Position numbers and translations under genes: made by a program. Below, in pieces: positions 51,698 to 61,196 of a DNA stretch of 64,000 nucleotides. The stretch lies in assembly GCF_028368995.1 (NCBI RefSeq), contig NZ_JAQNDL010000001.1, forward strand, positions 928,001 to 992,000, read 5' to 3'. The first letter of the stretch is position 1. Every line of letters starts with the position of its first letter. This DNA comes from Nannocystis bainbridge. Lineage in GTDB: Bacteria > Myxococcota_A > Polyangia > Nannocystales > Nannocystaceae. The notes under the pieces were generated by a model that was not told where the DNA came from, ran no database searches, and worked only from the letters and a program-made list of their open reading frames with translations.

Positions 51698-53059
51698 TCA
51701 GCCCGACGTCGTGCGAGGCGTCAGCCGCATCTCGAGCCCCGAGCGCGGACGCGGCACCGGCACCTGCTTCATCGTCAGGTCTTGCCCCGGGACCAGCGTC
51801 AGCGCGCAGCGGCGCGCCAGCAGGGCCGCGAACGCCCGCATCTCCAGGCGCGCGAACTCCATGCCGAGGCAGATCCGCGCGCCCCCGCCGAACGGCAGGT
51901 AGCGGCCCTCGTGGGCGTGCGCGTGGACCCGTCCGTGAGGACATGTCTCTTCGAACACGGCGAAACGGTCGGGGTCGAAGCGAGCTGGCTCTGCGAACAG
52001 GGACGGATCGCGGTGGGTGTCGCGGATCCGGTAGCCCGTCAGCCAGCCCGCCGGCACCGTGAAGCCGGCGACCTCGAACGTGCGCGTGCACTTGCGGAAC
52101 GCCGCAGCCACCGGCGGCTCCAGCCGCAGCGTCTCGGCCAGCGCGCGCTCGGTCTCCGCCAGCCGGCCCAGCGCCTCGACCGTCAGCGGCCCGCGCGGCG
52201 TGACCCGATCGACCTCGGCGCACACGCGCGCGTAGGCCTCGGGGTGCTGCGCCATCAGCATGCAGAAGTTCGTCAACCCCGAGGTCAGCGTCTCGTGGCC
52301 GGCGAACAGCAGCACCAGCATCTGCTCGGCCAGCTCTTCGCGCCCGAGCTTCGAGCCGTCGTCGTCGCGGGCGGCGAGCAGCAGCCCGAGCACGTCCTGG
52401 CCGGTCTCGCCGCTGGCGATGCGCGCGTCGATGGCCGCGTGCAGGTGGGCGATGAGGCGCCGGCGAGCCCGCTTGGCCCGGCCGAACGCGGTGACGGGCA
52501 GGTCGGCGGGGATCGTGAACAGCCCGGCCGCGAAGGTCTCGAAGTCGTGTACGAGCGCCGCGTCGGTGCGCTCGTGCGCGCCCATCATCAACGCCGCCGC
52601 GACGTCGAACGTCAACGCGCGGATCTCCGGATACAGCGCCAGCTCGCCGCGTGCGAGCCAGCGATCGACCGCCGCCGCGATCCGCGACTCCATCGGCGGC
52701 AGGTAGCCGAGCAGCGCCCGCGGCCGGAACGCCTGGGCCAGCAGCCGCCGCCGGCGCATATGCAGCTCGCCCTCCTGCGTCGAGAGCGTGTTCGGCCCCA
52801 GCAGCTTGAGCGTGCTCGCCGGCCAGGTCGCCTCGACGAATTTATGCTCGCCGCGGAACAGCAGCAGGTTGTTCTCCGGCCCCGCCAGCAGCGCCATGTC
52901 CTTGCCGAACAGGCGCGTGCGCGACACCGGCCCGAACTCCGCCCGCCGGTCGGCGCCGAAGCGCGGGTTGAACAGAATCTGGAACCACTCGCCGACGAAC
53001 GGCAGGCCGGAGCGACCCGGCGGCAGACGAGGCGGCGAAGACACGGTCGGAGTCGTCAC
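51698..53059 (-). CDS. Cytochrome P450 (CYP120/CYP26-like)
   Basis: LPPG, AGHET, ETLR, FDPDRF, PFGGGARICLG. Confidence 0.95.
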   Translation of the reverse strand: MTTPTVSSPPRLPPGRSGLPFVGEWFQILFNPRFGADRRAEFGPVSRTRLFGKDMALLAGPENNLLLFRGEHKFVEATWPASTLKLLGPNTLSTQEGELHMRRRRLLAQAFRPRALLGYLPPMESRIAAAVDRWLARGELALYPEIRALTFDVAAALMMGAHERTDAALVHDFETFAAGLFTIPADLPVTAFGRAKRARRRLIAHLHAAIDARIASGETGQDVLGLLLAARDDDGSKLGREELAEQMLVLLFAGHETLTSGLTNFCMLMAQHPEAYARVCAEVDRVTPRGPLTVEALGRLAETERALAETLRLEPPVAAAFRKCTRTFEVAGFTVPAGWLTGYRIRDTHRDPSLFAEPARFDPDRFAVFEETCPHGRVHAHAHEGRYLPFGGGARICLGMEFARLEMRAFAALLARRCALTLVPGQDLTMKQVPVPRPRSGLEMRLTPRTTSG

Positions 53060-53306
53060 CTCCGCATGCTGCCCGGCGCGCGCGCCGACGGCAACCGGGA
53101 CCTCGCCCGCGACGCCGGGGCCCGCGCCGGCGAGCTCGGCCGAATTCGGCCTCCTGCGCGCGGTTCGGCGCCGGCCGCGGACCTGGTCGCTCGCCCCGCC
53201 GACGGCGCTCGCCGCCCGGCTCGTCGCCTCCACGTCCTCGCCCCGCCCTGCAAAGCCTGGCTTCAGCCCGGGGCCGAGGTATCGAGCGTCCAGGGAGGAT
53301 CCTCGC

Positions 53307-53483
53307 ATGATCCGCTGGGCGCTCGTGTTCCTCATCATCGCCGTCATCGCCGCCGTGTTCGGCTTCAGCGGCCGCTCCAGCGCCACTTCGGAGGGCGCGC
53401 AGGCGCTGTTTTTCATTTTCCTCGGCGTCTTCTCGCTGATGCTGCTCGCCGCCCTCATCGGCGGCGACCAGCTGCGGCGCTGA
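53307..53483 (+). CDS. DUF1328 small membrane protein
   Basis: MIRWALVFLIIAVIAAVFGFSG; GGAGG RBS. Confidence 0.88.
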   Translation: MIRWALVFLIIAVIAAVFGFSGRSSATSEGAQALFFIFLGVFSLMLLAALIGGDQLRR

Positions 53484-53490
53484 CCCGAGT

Positions 53491-53568
53491 CATATGCCCT
53501 CGAAGACATGTTTGATGGGAAATGTCCTCAAGAACATTTTCCATGAGACATGTCTTTAAATACATATC
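53491..53568. repeat. 14-bp-period array (6 units, AT-rich)
   Basis: Cores 53493, 53507, 53521, 53535, 53549, 53563. Confidence 0.88.
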
Positions 53569-53792
53569 TCCCGCATAGCCCGACCCGGCCCCTCCGCGGC
53601 GACGAGATCTGGCCTCCGCGTCCCCCGGGCGATCGCCGACAGCGACTGCGCCCGTAGCCCCTCGGAGAGCCCTGCCCTGGCAGACGCGCGGCCTCTCGGT
53701 GCTCCGTCGCCTCCACGCCCCTCGCCGCCAGCCTTGACGGCGGGCCGGCGTTCGCGCTGTCATGACGGCCTTCGCCTGTCCGGAGGTCGCGC

Positions 53793-54926
53793 TTGTCTCG
53801 AATCCTTGCCTGCAGTCCTTTCTTGTTCCTCTTCACCGTCGCCTGCGGCGACCTCGAGAAGCTCTCGTCGACCGAGGGCGACGACCCCGGCAGCTCGTCC
53901 ACCACCGGCGCCAGCGACGGCTCCGCCACCACCGAGCCGGCCAGCCCCACCGGCGAAGCGACCGACAGCTCGACCACCGCCTCCACCCCCGATCCACTCA
54001 CCACGGGCGACCCCGTCACCACCGAGCCCGATCCGACCGACGGCCTCACCACCACCACCACCACCACCACCACCACCGATACCTCGACCACCACCGACAT
54101 CGGCACCTCGACCACCGACGACACCTCGACCACCGGCCTCGACCCGGTCGGTCCCGAGCTGCCCGTGCCGACCGCCGACTGTCCCGACATCGTCGACGGC
54201 GACGTCAGCTTCCACCCCGCCGGCCTCGACAGCCCGCGCGACGTGCGGATCTGGGTCGACCTCGACACCGCCCAGCAGGCCGACGGGCCGGTCGTGTTCT
54301 ACTGGCACGGCACGGGCGGCTCACCGCAGGAGGCGCTCACCGGCATCGGCGAGCTGGGCATCCAGGAGATCCTCGACCTCGGCGGCATCGTCATCGCGCC
54401 CACGCACGACCCGATGGCCGGCATCTTCCCGTGGTGGCTCGTGCTCAGCGAGACCGACGATGACCTGCAGCTCGCCGACGAGGTCCTCGCCTGCGCCCGC
54501 GAGCAGATCGGCGTCGACGCCAGCCGGATCTACGCCGCTGGTTTCAGCGCCGGCGGCCTCAACACCGCGCAGATGAGCATCCGTCGCTCGGGCTACATCG
54601 CCGCCGCCGCCCCCTACTCGGGCGGCCTCATCTTCGGCGCCAAGCCGCCATTCCAGGACCCCGACAACAAATTCTCCGCCATGATCTTCCACGGCGGCCC
54701 CGGCGACGTCGTCGTCGTCGGCTTCGAGCAGGCCAGCAAGGACTACGCCGCCTACCTCGACGACAACGACGAATTCAACTTCCTCTGCAACCACGGCGGC
54801 GGCCACTCGATCCCCGACGCCCAGGACAGCGTCATGCAGTTCTTCTTCGACCACCCCTACGGCGTCGGCGCCTCCCCGTACGCCCAGGGCCTGCCGGGCG
54901 ACTTCCCCGGCTACTGCGACCTCTGA
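53793..54926 (+). CDS. Thr-rich lipoprotein alpha/beta hydrolase (esterase)
   Basis: VAC lipobox; WHGTG, GFSAGG, HGG..D, GGH. Confidence 0.8.
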   Translation: MSRILACSPFLFLFTVACGDLEKLSSTEGDDPGSSSTTGASDGSATTEPASPTGEATDSSTTASTPDPLTTGDPVTTEPDPTDGLTTTTTTTTTTDTSTTTDIGTSTTDDTSTTGLDPVGPELPVPTADCPDIVDGDVSFHPAGLDSPRDVRIWVDLDTAQQADGPVVFYWHGTGGSPQEALTGIGELGIQEILDLGGIVIAPTHDPMAGIFPWWLVLSETDDDLQLADEVLACAREQIGVDASRIYAAGFSAGGLNTAQMSIRRSGYIAAAAPYSGGLIFGAKPPFQDPDNKFSAMIFHGGPGDVVVVGFEQASKDYAAYLDDNDEFNFLCNHGGGHSIPDAQDSVMQFFFDHPYGVGASPYAQGLPGDFPGYCDL

Positions 54927-54933
54927 CCGAAGG

Positions 54934-54983
54934 GACACGTCCTCTCGGACATGGCCATGCGGCCATGTCCTCTCGGACATGTC
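54934..54983. repeat. 14-bp-period array (4 units)
   Basis: Cores 54936, 54950, 54964, 54978; fills the convergent gap. Confidence 0.9.
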
Positions 54984-54986
54984 CCA

Positions 54987-55796
54987 TCAATCGAGCTTGC
55001 TCGTCTTCGAGCGCGTGTCGCGTTGCAGCAAGCACATCAGCCCCGGGAAGTGCTGGCCGAGGAACGCCCCCAGCTTGCCGTGGGCCGTGAACGTGTACTC
55101 CCGCTTGCGCGCCGCGATCGCCTTGACCATCACCCGCGCCGCGTCGTCGGCCGTCCACATCAGCGCCGCCGGGCGCTTGTCGCGGCGGCTGGCCTCGAAC
55201 TGGCCCTGATTGTCGACCTGCCCGATCTCCGTGCTGACGAACCCCGGGTTCAGCAGCGTGCAGCTCACCCCCGAGCCGCGCAGCTCCATCGCCAGCGTCA
55301 GCCCCACCGCTCGCAGCGCGAACTTCGAGGCCGAGTAGGCGCCCACGCGCGGGCTGGCGAGGAGCCCCGACACGCTGCTGACCAGGCCCAGGCGGCCGCC
55401 CGTGCGGCGCAGCGCCGGCAGGCTGTGGCGGATCACCGCCATCGCCCCGAAGAAGTTGGTCTCGAACTGGCGCTGCCAGTCGTCGGCGGTCAGGTCCTCG
55501 ACGCGGCCGATCACCCCGAAGCCGGCGTTCGCCACCGCCACATCGAGGCGACCGAAGTGGGCCACGATCGACTGCACCGCCGCGGCGACCTCGTCGTCGC
55601 GGCGCACGTCGCAGGGGACCGCGAGGGCGCGGCGACCGAGGCCCTCGACCTCCGCGACCACCTCGGCGAGGCGCTCCTGGCGGCGCCCCGACACCGCCAC
55701 ATCGGCCCCGCGGCGGGCGAACTCGCGGGCCAGCGCCCGCCCGATCCCCGCCGTCGCGCCGGCGATCCACGCGACCTGTCCGTCGAACTGCGTCAT
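54987..55796 (-). CDS. SDR family oxidoreductase
   Basis: GATAGIG, ANAG, YSASK. Confidence 0.93.
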   Translation of the reverse strand: MTQFDGQVAWIAGATAGIGRALAREFARRGADVAVSGRRQERLAEVVAEVEGLGRRALAVPCDVRRDDEVAAAVQSIVAHFGRLDVAVANAGFGVIGRVEDLTADDWQRQFETNFFGAMAVIRHSLPALRRTGGRLGLVSSVSGLLASPRVGAYSASKFALRAVGLTLAMELRGSGVSCTLLNPGFVSTEIGQVDNQGQFEASRRDKRPAALMWTADDAARVMVKAIAARKREYTFTAHGKLGAFLGQHFPGLMCLLQRDTRSKTSKLD

Positions 55797-55843
55797 GGCG
55801 CGCACCTTACCGCAAGCCGCGGCCGGTGCGCGCCGCTGACCGC

Positions 55844-56776
55844 TCAGAAGGCGTACAGGAGGTTCTGGTTCCAGCCGTCGAGGCCGATGGAGATCTGGCC
55901 GCTCTGCGTCTGGTACCCCGCCTGATACGACGCCTTGAGATCGGCCAGGCTGAACTCGAGCGACACGGTCGGCGCCGCGTCGCAGAGGTCGCCGTTGGCG
56001 TCGTGCGAGATCTCGAGGCCGACCTGGACCGGCTCCGACTCGGCGAACAGCCCGTCCCAGCACAGCGCGAAGTCGTGTTCAGCGCAGCCGCCGCCGTACT
56101 GGATCTCGACCTTCAGCGCATCGCCGACGATCGCCGCGTCCAGCACCTGGTACGGATCGGCCGGCGCCGGATCGGAGCACGCCAGCGCCCCCTCGATCGT
56201 GCACTCGCTGCTGCAGCCGTCGCCGCTCACCGTGTTGCTGTCGTCGCAGACCTCGTCGCCCTCGACCACCCCGTCGCCGCACACGCTCGCGCTGGTCGTC
56301 GACGACCCCTCGGTCTCGTTCGGCTCGCCGTCCGTGCCGGTGCCCTCGGTCTCCTCGCAACCGATCTCGGTGCAGGCCCAGTCCCCGCCATAGCACGTGC
56401 ACGTGTTGCAGCCGTCCTCGGCGGGCTTCGTCTCGCCCTCTTCGCACTCGAGGCCCTCGCACGCGATCTCGGTGCAGGCCCAGCCGCCCTCGGTGCACGT
56501 GCACGTGTTGCAGCCGTCTTGCGCCGGCTTCGTCTCGCCGTCTTCGCAGCCATCGTCGCAAGCCTTCAGCGTGCAGCTCCAGTCGCCGCCCTCGCACGTG
56601 CACGTGTTGCAGCCATCCTCGGACGGCTTGGTCTCGCCGTTCTGGCAGGTCAGGTTGCCGGACGTCTCGTCGCCGATCTGCTTGGGGTCGCAGGCCGCGG
56701 CCGAGGCGCCGAGCAGCGCCCCGACGAGCAGCAGGTTGCGGTGGATGTTCAGGGCATTAAGGAAAGTGAAGCGCAT
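55844..56776 (-). CDS. Lipoprotein with three pacifastin-pattern domains and a myxobacterial Cys-rich repeat
   Basis: AAAC lipobox; C-x11-CNTCTC-x2-G-x3-CT-x3-C x3; CGDG..EVCDD.N..GDGCS..C. Confidence 0.8.
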   Translation of the reverse strand: MRFTFLNALNIHRNLLLVGALLGASAAACDPKQIGDETSGNLTCQNGETKPSEDGCNTCTCEGGDWSCTLKACDDGCEDGETKPAQDGCNTCTCTEGGWACTEIACEGLECEEGETKPAEDGCNTCTCYGGDWACTEIGCEETEGTGTDGEPNETEGSSTTSASVCGDGVVEGDEVCDDSNTVSGDGCSSECTIEGALACSDPAPADPYQVLDAAIVGDALKVEIQYGGGCAEHDFALCWDGLFAESEPVQVGLEISHDANGDLCDAAPTVSLEFSLADLKASYQAGYQTQSGQISIGLDGWNQNLLYAF

Positions 56777-56899
56777 GGTGGTCGTTCCTGAGATGGGTGC
56801 TTCGTAGTTGTCCGCCCTGCCGCCCATCTGTGTCCGCCCTCGCGATTTTTTTCGAAGCGTTCGCGGCGCCATGGCCCCGGCGCTTCCGCACCCCCTGCA

Positions 56900-57760
56900 T
56901 CACGGCTCGGCGCAGCCCAGGCGCACCCGCTCGGCCAGCGCCGACCCGCCGTGCGCGCGCAGGAACACCTGCGCCGCCGCCCGGCCCTCCGCCGCGCGAT
57001 CGCCCGCGCACAGCGCCAGCGCCCGCAGGGCGTCGTGCTCCTCACGCAGCGCCCCGCGCGGGAACTGCTGCGCGTATGCATGCAGCAGCGTCAGCGCCTC
57101 CGCGGCCCGCGAGCCCTGGATCGCCGCCTGCGCTCGCCCCAGCAGCTCCGCCTCCTGCGCCAGCGAGCTCGCCTCCACCGCGCTCGCCTCGCTCTCCGCC
57201 GCGCTCGCCTCATGCGAGCCCGTCGGCGAGCTCCGCCGCTCCGATGCGCGCGCCTCGCCGCTGCCGCGACCGACTCGCAGCGAATGATCTGTCCCCTTGA
57301 ACATGTCCCTCACGACATGCTCTCTGGCGCTATCATCATCCCTCGACGAAGTCGCGCTCGGTTGTTCCTCACGGTTCTCTGTCTCTCGGACCATGTCCCC
57401 CGAGACAGGCTCGCTCGCGCCCGCCCGCACCGGCTCGCTCGTCGCCGCCTGCCGCTCCGCGTACGCCGCCGCCTCGCCGCCCTGGCGGGACCCGACCAGC
57501 GGCCCCAGCACCCCTGCGCGCGAGGCCAGTAGCACCGCCGCCGCTGCCGCGACCACCACCCCGGCCCACACCCATTCCGACACGCCCCTTCGGACCTGCC
57601 CTTTCGGCCATGTCCCTTCGGCCCGGGTGCTCGCCGCCACGCGGGCCCACACCCGCGCCTCGGTCGCGGCCGGCAGCTCCTCCGCGACGCGGAACGCCCG
57701 CAACGCCGCTGCTGCCTGCGGATCGAGCTCCCCCTCGCGCCCCCGTGGTCCCGTCGTCAT
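56900..57760 (-). CDS. Putative anti-sigma factor (TM helix + C-terminal TPR-like region)
   Basis: ATGA overlap with ECF sigma; FPRGALREE..ALC. Confidence 0.75.
   Translation of the reverse strand: MTTGPRGREGELDPQAAAALRAFRVAEELPAATEARVWARVAASTRAEGTWPKGQVRRGVSEWVWAGVVVAAAAAVLLASRAGVLGPLVGSRQGGEAAAYAERQAATSEPVRAGASEPVSGDMVRETENREEQPSATSSRDDDSAREHVVRDMFKGTDHSLRVGRGSGEARASERRSSPTGSHEASAAESEASAVEASSLAQEAELLGRAQAAIQGSRAAEALTLLHAYAQQFPRGALREEHDALRALALCAGDRAAEGRAAAQVFLRAHGGSALAERVRLGCAEP
57286..57628. repeat. Three intragenic 14-bp-period arrays in the anti-sigma gene
   Basis: Cores 57288/57302/57316; 57378/57392/57406; 57581/57595/57609/57623. Confidence 0.8.
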
Positions 57761-58299
57761 CCTGCCGCAGCCCTTCCGCGCAGCCCGTCTCGCTCGGCCA
57801 GCGCTCGTTGAAACAGCTCTCGCGTCGCCCGCAGCCGCGAGTACGCCGTATTGAGGTTCAGCCCCAGCGCCTCCGCGATCTCCGGCACCCGCATGCCCTC
57901 GATGTCGGCCAGCGCGAACAGCATCCGCCGCTCCTCGTCGAGCCCGTCGAGGAACCCGCGCACGAACGCCGCCGCCTGCTCCTGCGCCGCCCCGGTCTCC
58001 GGATCGGGCCCCGACCCCGGCACCGGCGCCACGCTCAGCCTTCGCTCCGCGCGCACGTTGCTGCGGCGGTGGTTGGCCGCCACGCCGCGGGCGATCCCGT
58101 ACAGCCAGCTGGTCAGCGCCGCCCGCCCGTCGTACTCGCGCAGCCGGCGATGCACCACCAGGAACACGTCGTGCACCACGTCCTCTTGCGCCGACTCGGC
58201 CACCCCGAGGCGCCGCACCACCCGCCACACGAACCCCGCGTGCGCGCGGTAGACTTCCGCGAGCGTCAGCGGGTCGGCAGAGGGGCTTTCGCCGGGCAT
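57757..58299 (-). CDS. ECF sigma factor
   Basis: EDVVHDVF, SWLYGIA, EIAEAL..NTAYSRL. Confidence 0.93.
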   Translation of the reverse strand: MPGESPSADPLTLAEVYRAHAGFVWRVVRRLGVAESAQEDVVHDVFLVVHRRLREYDGRAALTSWLYGIARGVAANHRRSNVRAERRLSVAPVPGSGPDPETGAAQEQAAAFVRGFLDGLDEERRMLFALADIEGMRVPEIAEALGLNLNTAYSRLRATRELFQRALAERDGLRGRAAAG

Positions 58300-58391
58300 C
58301 CCGCGTGATTGTCCAGCTTCTCGGGTTTCTGTCACCCCACCCCTCGTGCGCGCTGGCGCACCCACCCGCCCCCGGGGCATCCTCCTCTTCG

Positions 58392-59828
58392 ATGCACCCC
58401 GCGCGCGTCCTCCCCGTGGTCGTCCTGCTCTCGGCCCACTGCGCCGACGAGCCCACCAGCGGCTTCTCGGCCACCGTCCCCGCGGACACCACCGCGCCGA
58501 TCACCAACCCCCAGAGCAGCTTCCCCGACGCCACCGACACCGCCGACGCCACGACCACCACGACCGGCAGCCCGACGACCACCACCGGCACCACCACCGA
58601 CGCGCTCACCACCACCGAAGCTGCGTCGACCTCCTCGACGACGACCACGACGACCTCGACCACCGGCGACCCCTCGACCACCACCGCCACCGGGATCTGC
58701 GGCGACGGCGTCGTCGACGACGGCGAGGTCTGCGACGACGGCGACGCCGACGACGACGCCTGCCTCGGCGACTGTACTTCGGGACAGGCGCTGCTCGTGC
58801 TCGCCGGCGCCGGCCCGACCCCCGCCCTGGCCGCCCGCTACGTGCCCGGCCCCGGCTGGACCGTCGCCGAGCTCGACGTCGACCTCGGCGAGACCGCCCT
58901 CGTCGCCACCCACCTCGGCGCGCTCGGCGTCGGTCGCCGCGCCGCCGCCGACGCCGACGCGGAGAACGAGCTGACCTTCACGACATGGTCCAAGGGACAG
59001 CCCGAGACCTGGACCTCCGCCCAGCCGGTCGGCGCGTTCGGCTTCGCCATCGACGGCCCCGGCCTGGCCGCGGTCGGCGAGACCGTCACGCTCGCCTTCC
59101 TCGGCACCGACTTCAAGCACTACACCGCCCTGTGGACCGACGGCACCTGGGCCACGTTCGGCCCGCTGCCGGCCGGCATGCCGCAGGTCCAGGCCTTCGG
59201 CCCCAGCGCCGCCGTGCTCGCCTCGGGCCCCGCCGAGACCTACGCCGCCTACGCCGGCGACAACGGCAAGATCTTCTACAACTTCAAGGCCTCGCCGGGC
59301 GGCGCCTGGCAGTCGTCGATGCAGGCCCCGCCGCCGCTCGTCGTCAGCGGCCTCACCCCTGCCGCCCTCGTCGACGCCGACGGCGACCTGCTGATCGCCT
59401 ACGTGCGCGCGACCGACGGCAAGATCGCCGTCGTCAAGCTGCTCACCCCGCAGAACGCCTGGACCGTCGAGGCCATCGTCGACGACCTCGCCATCACCGC
59501 CAGCGAGCTCGCCTTCGTCGCCGTTGACGACGGCGCCTATTACATCGCCTGGAAGGGCTACGACGACGACGGCGTGTACGCCGTGCGCGGCCTCGACCAC
59601 GACGACTGGGGCGCCCCCTTCACCGCCGCCGAACCTGCGACGACCACCCTCCCGCCGGCCCTCGCGCGCGGGGCCGCCGGCGCCGACGCCGAGCTCGTCT
59701 ACGTCACCGGCGGCGCGCTGCAGCACGTCCGCCTCGTCGGCGACAGCCCCAGCCAGCCCAGCGTCGTCCCGGGCGCCACCGGCCTCAAGGCCCGCCCCGC
59801 CGCCGTGCGCGTGCAGATCGGCGGCTGA
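58392..59828 (+). CDS. Thr-rich lipoprotein with Cys-rich repeat and beta-rich C-terminal domain
   Basis: Signal peptide with Cys; CGDGVVDDGEVCDDG. Confidence 0.75.
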   Translation: MHPARVLPVVVLLSAHCADEPTSGFSATVPADTTAPITNPQSSFPDATDTADATTTTTGSPTTTTGTTTDALTTTEAASTSSTTTTTTSTTGDPSTTTATGICGDGVVDDGEVCDDGDADDDACLGDCTSGQALLVLAGAGPTPALAARYVPGPGWTVAELDVDLGETALVATHLGALGVGRRAAADADAENELTFTTWSKGQPETWTSAQPVGAFGFAIDGPGLAAVGETVTLAFLGTDFKHYTALWTDGTWATFGPLPAGMPQVQAFGPSAAVLASGPAETYAAYAGDNGKIFYNFKASPGGAWQSSMQAPPPLVVSGLTPAALVDADGDLLIAYVRATDGKIAVVKLLTPQNAWTVEAIVDDLAITASELAFVAVDDGAYYIAWKGYDDDGVYAVRGLDHDDWGAPFTAAEPATTTLPPALARGAAGADAELVYVTGGALQHVRLVGDSPSQPSVVPGATGLKARPAAVRVQIGG

Positions 59829-59835
59829 CTCAAAG

Positions 59836-59899
59836 AGTATGTCCATTCGGACATGTTCTTCACAACATGTCGATGAAGCTATGTCTCCAAGGACATAGA
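59836..59899. repeat. 14-bp-period array (5 units)
   Basis: Cores 59838, 59852, 59866, 59880, 59894; convergent intergenic. Confidence 0.9.
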
Positions 59900-60112
59900 A
59901 CATCGCCCCAGCAACACCCGATCTCGCCACCATTCCGATCGAACAGCCGCCGCGTCTATCGGTGAAGCACAGCGCAGACCCGCTGCGATGACCCTGCCGC
60001 TCCCTGGGTGCGCCTCATTCCAAATGCAGCGCGCCGCGCGGAAGTGCCGGAGCGTCCGCGCCGTTCGGTGCTCCTCATCCGCTCCACCAGCGGCCCGCGC
60101 CGCCCCCCGCCC

Positions 60113-61189
60113 CTACCGCAGCCGCACTTCCATGCCCGCCAGCACCTGCCCGCCGAGGCGCGCCGCCTCGTGCACCCTCACCCCACCGGCCGTCACGAAG
60201 CTCGGCCGCAGCAGCGCCACGACCGCGTCGGCGCCGGCCCACAGCCCCACGCGCCCGCGCGGGTGCCACACCACGGACGCCCCGAGCGTCGCTGCCAGCC
60301 ACGGCGAGCGCTCCGAGGTCGTCGTCATCAGCCCGCTGCCGCGGCCGCGGCCCTCCATCGCCCCGACCTGCAGCCCCAGACACAGCGGCACCGCCACCTG
60401 CCCGCGGCGCAGCACCGGGCACCCGCGCAGCTCGACCGCCCCCGCCTGAAACAGCCCCCCGATCGCCGCCGTCCCGCCCGCCACTGGCGGCGCGTAAAGC
60501 CCGCCGAGCTCCGCCCGCCAGCGCCGGCCGCCCACGCTCAGCGCCAGGCTCAGCGCCGCGCTCGGCCCGGGTAGCAGCCGCGCGAAGCTCACCCCCGCCG
60601 CCACCCGCACCCCGACCTGCACGCGCCGCCCGGGCCCTGCCGCCGGCTCCGCAATATCCGGCGCCACGGCCACCGGCGCCTCCATCTCGTCCGATACCGG
60701 CGGCTCACTTGGCCCTTCGGACATGTCCTTCACGACCGGTCCTTTCGGACCTTCCCTATGCGACATGTCCTCCACGACCTGTCCATTCGGGCCTGCCCCT
60801 TGCGCCACGTCGACCGGCGGCGCCGGGACCACGGTCTCGCCCGTCGCCGGGGCCGCCAGCGCCGCGCGTGGATCGACCGCGATCGCCACCACCAGCGCGG
60901 CAGCGTCGACCAGCTCCTCGCAGCGCGGCGCCGTCAGCTCGCGGCGACCGCCGCCGCTCGTCCCTGTCAGCTCGAGCGTCAGCGCCCAGCGGCCCGGGCT
61001 CGCCTCGCGGACCGTCGCCCGGGCCGTCAGGTTGGCCCGCTCGGCGGCCTCCTGCCCCGTCATCCGCACCACCCGCGCCCGCACCTCGGCCTCGCCCGGG
61101 CAGCCCTCCGGGGCCGTCCACGCCAGCACCAGCCCCGGGGGCGGCTCGGCGGCAGCGACGATCGTCGCCGCCATCAGCACGGCGAGCAT
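60113..61189 (-). CDS. Secreted protein with probable C-terminal beta-barrel
   Basis: Signal peptide, WTAPEGCP..C..L, amphipathic beta strands. Confidence 0.65.
   Translation of the reverse strand: MLAVLMAATIVAAAEPPPGLVLAWTAPEGCPGEAEVRARVVRMTGQEAAERANLTARATVREASPGRWALTLELTGTSGGGRRELTAPRCEELVDAAALVVAIAVDPRAALAAPATGETVVPAPPVDVAQGAGPNGQVVEDMSHREGPKGPVVKDMSEGPSEPPVSDEMEAPVAVAPDIAEPAAGPGRRVQVGVRVAAGVSFARLLPGPSAALSLALSVGGRRWRAELGGLYAPPVAGGTAAIGGLFQAGAVELRGCPVLRRGQVAVPLCLGLQVGAMEGRGRGSGLMTTTSERSPWLAATLGASVVWHPRGRVGLWAGADAVVALLRPSFVTAGGVRVHEAARLGGQVLAGMEVRLR
60706..60811. repeat. Intragenic 14-bp-period array (8 units)
   Basis: Cores 60708, 60722, 60736, 60750, 60764, 60778, 60792, 60806. Confidence 0.85.
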
Positions 61190-61196
61190 CGTCGCG

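Noticed and set aside
59900-60112. Possible ncRNA in the intergenic gap
   Set aside because: No recognisable tRNA, riboswitch or sRNA motif by eye; an Infernal/Rfam search would be needed.
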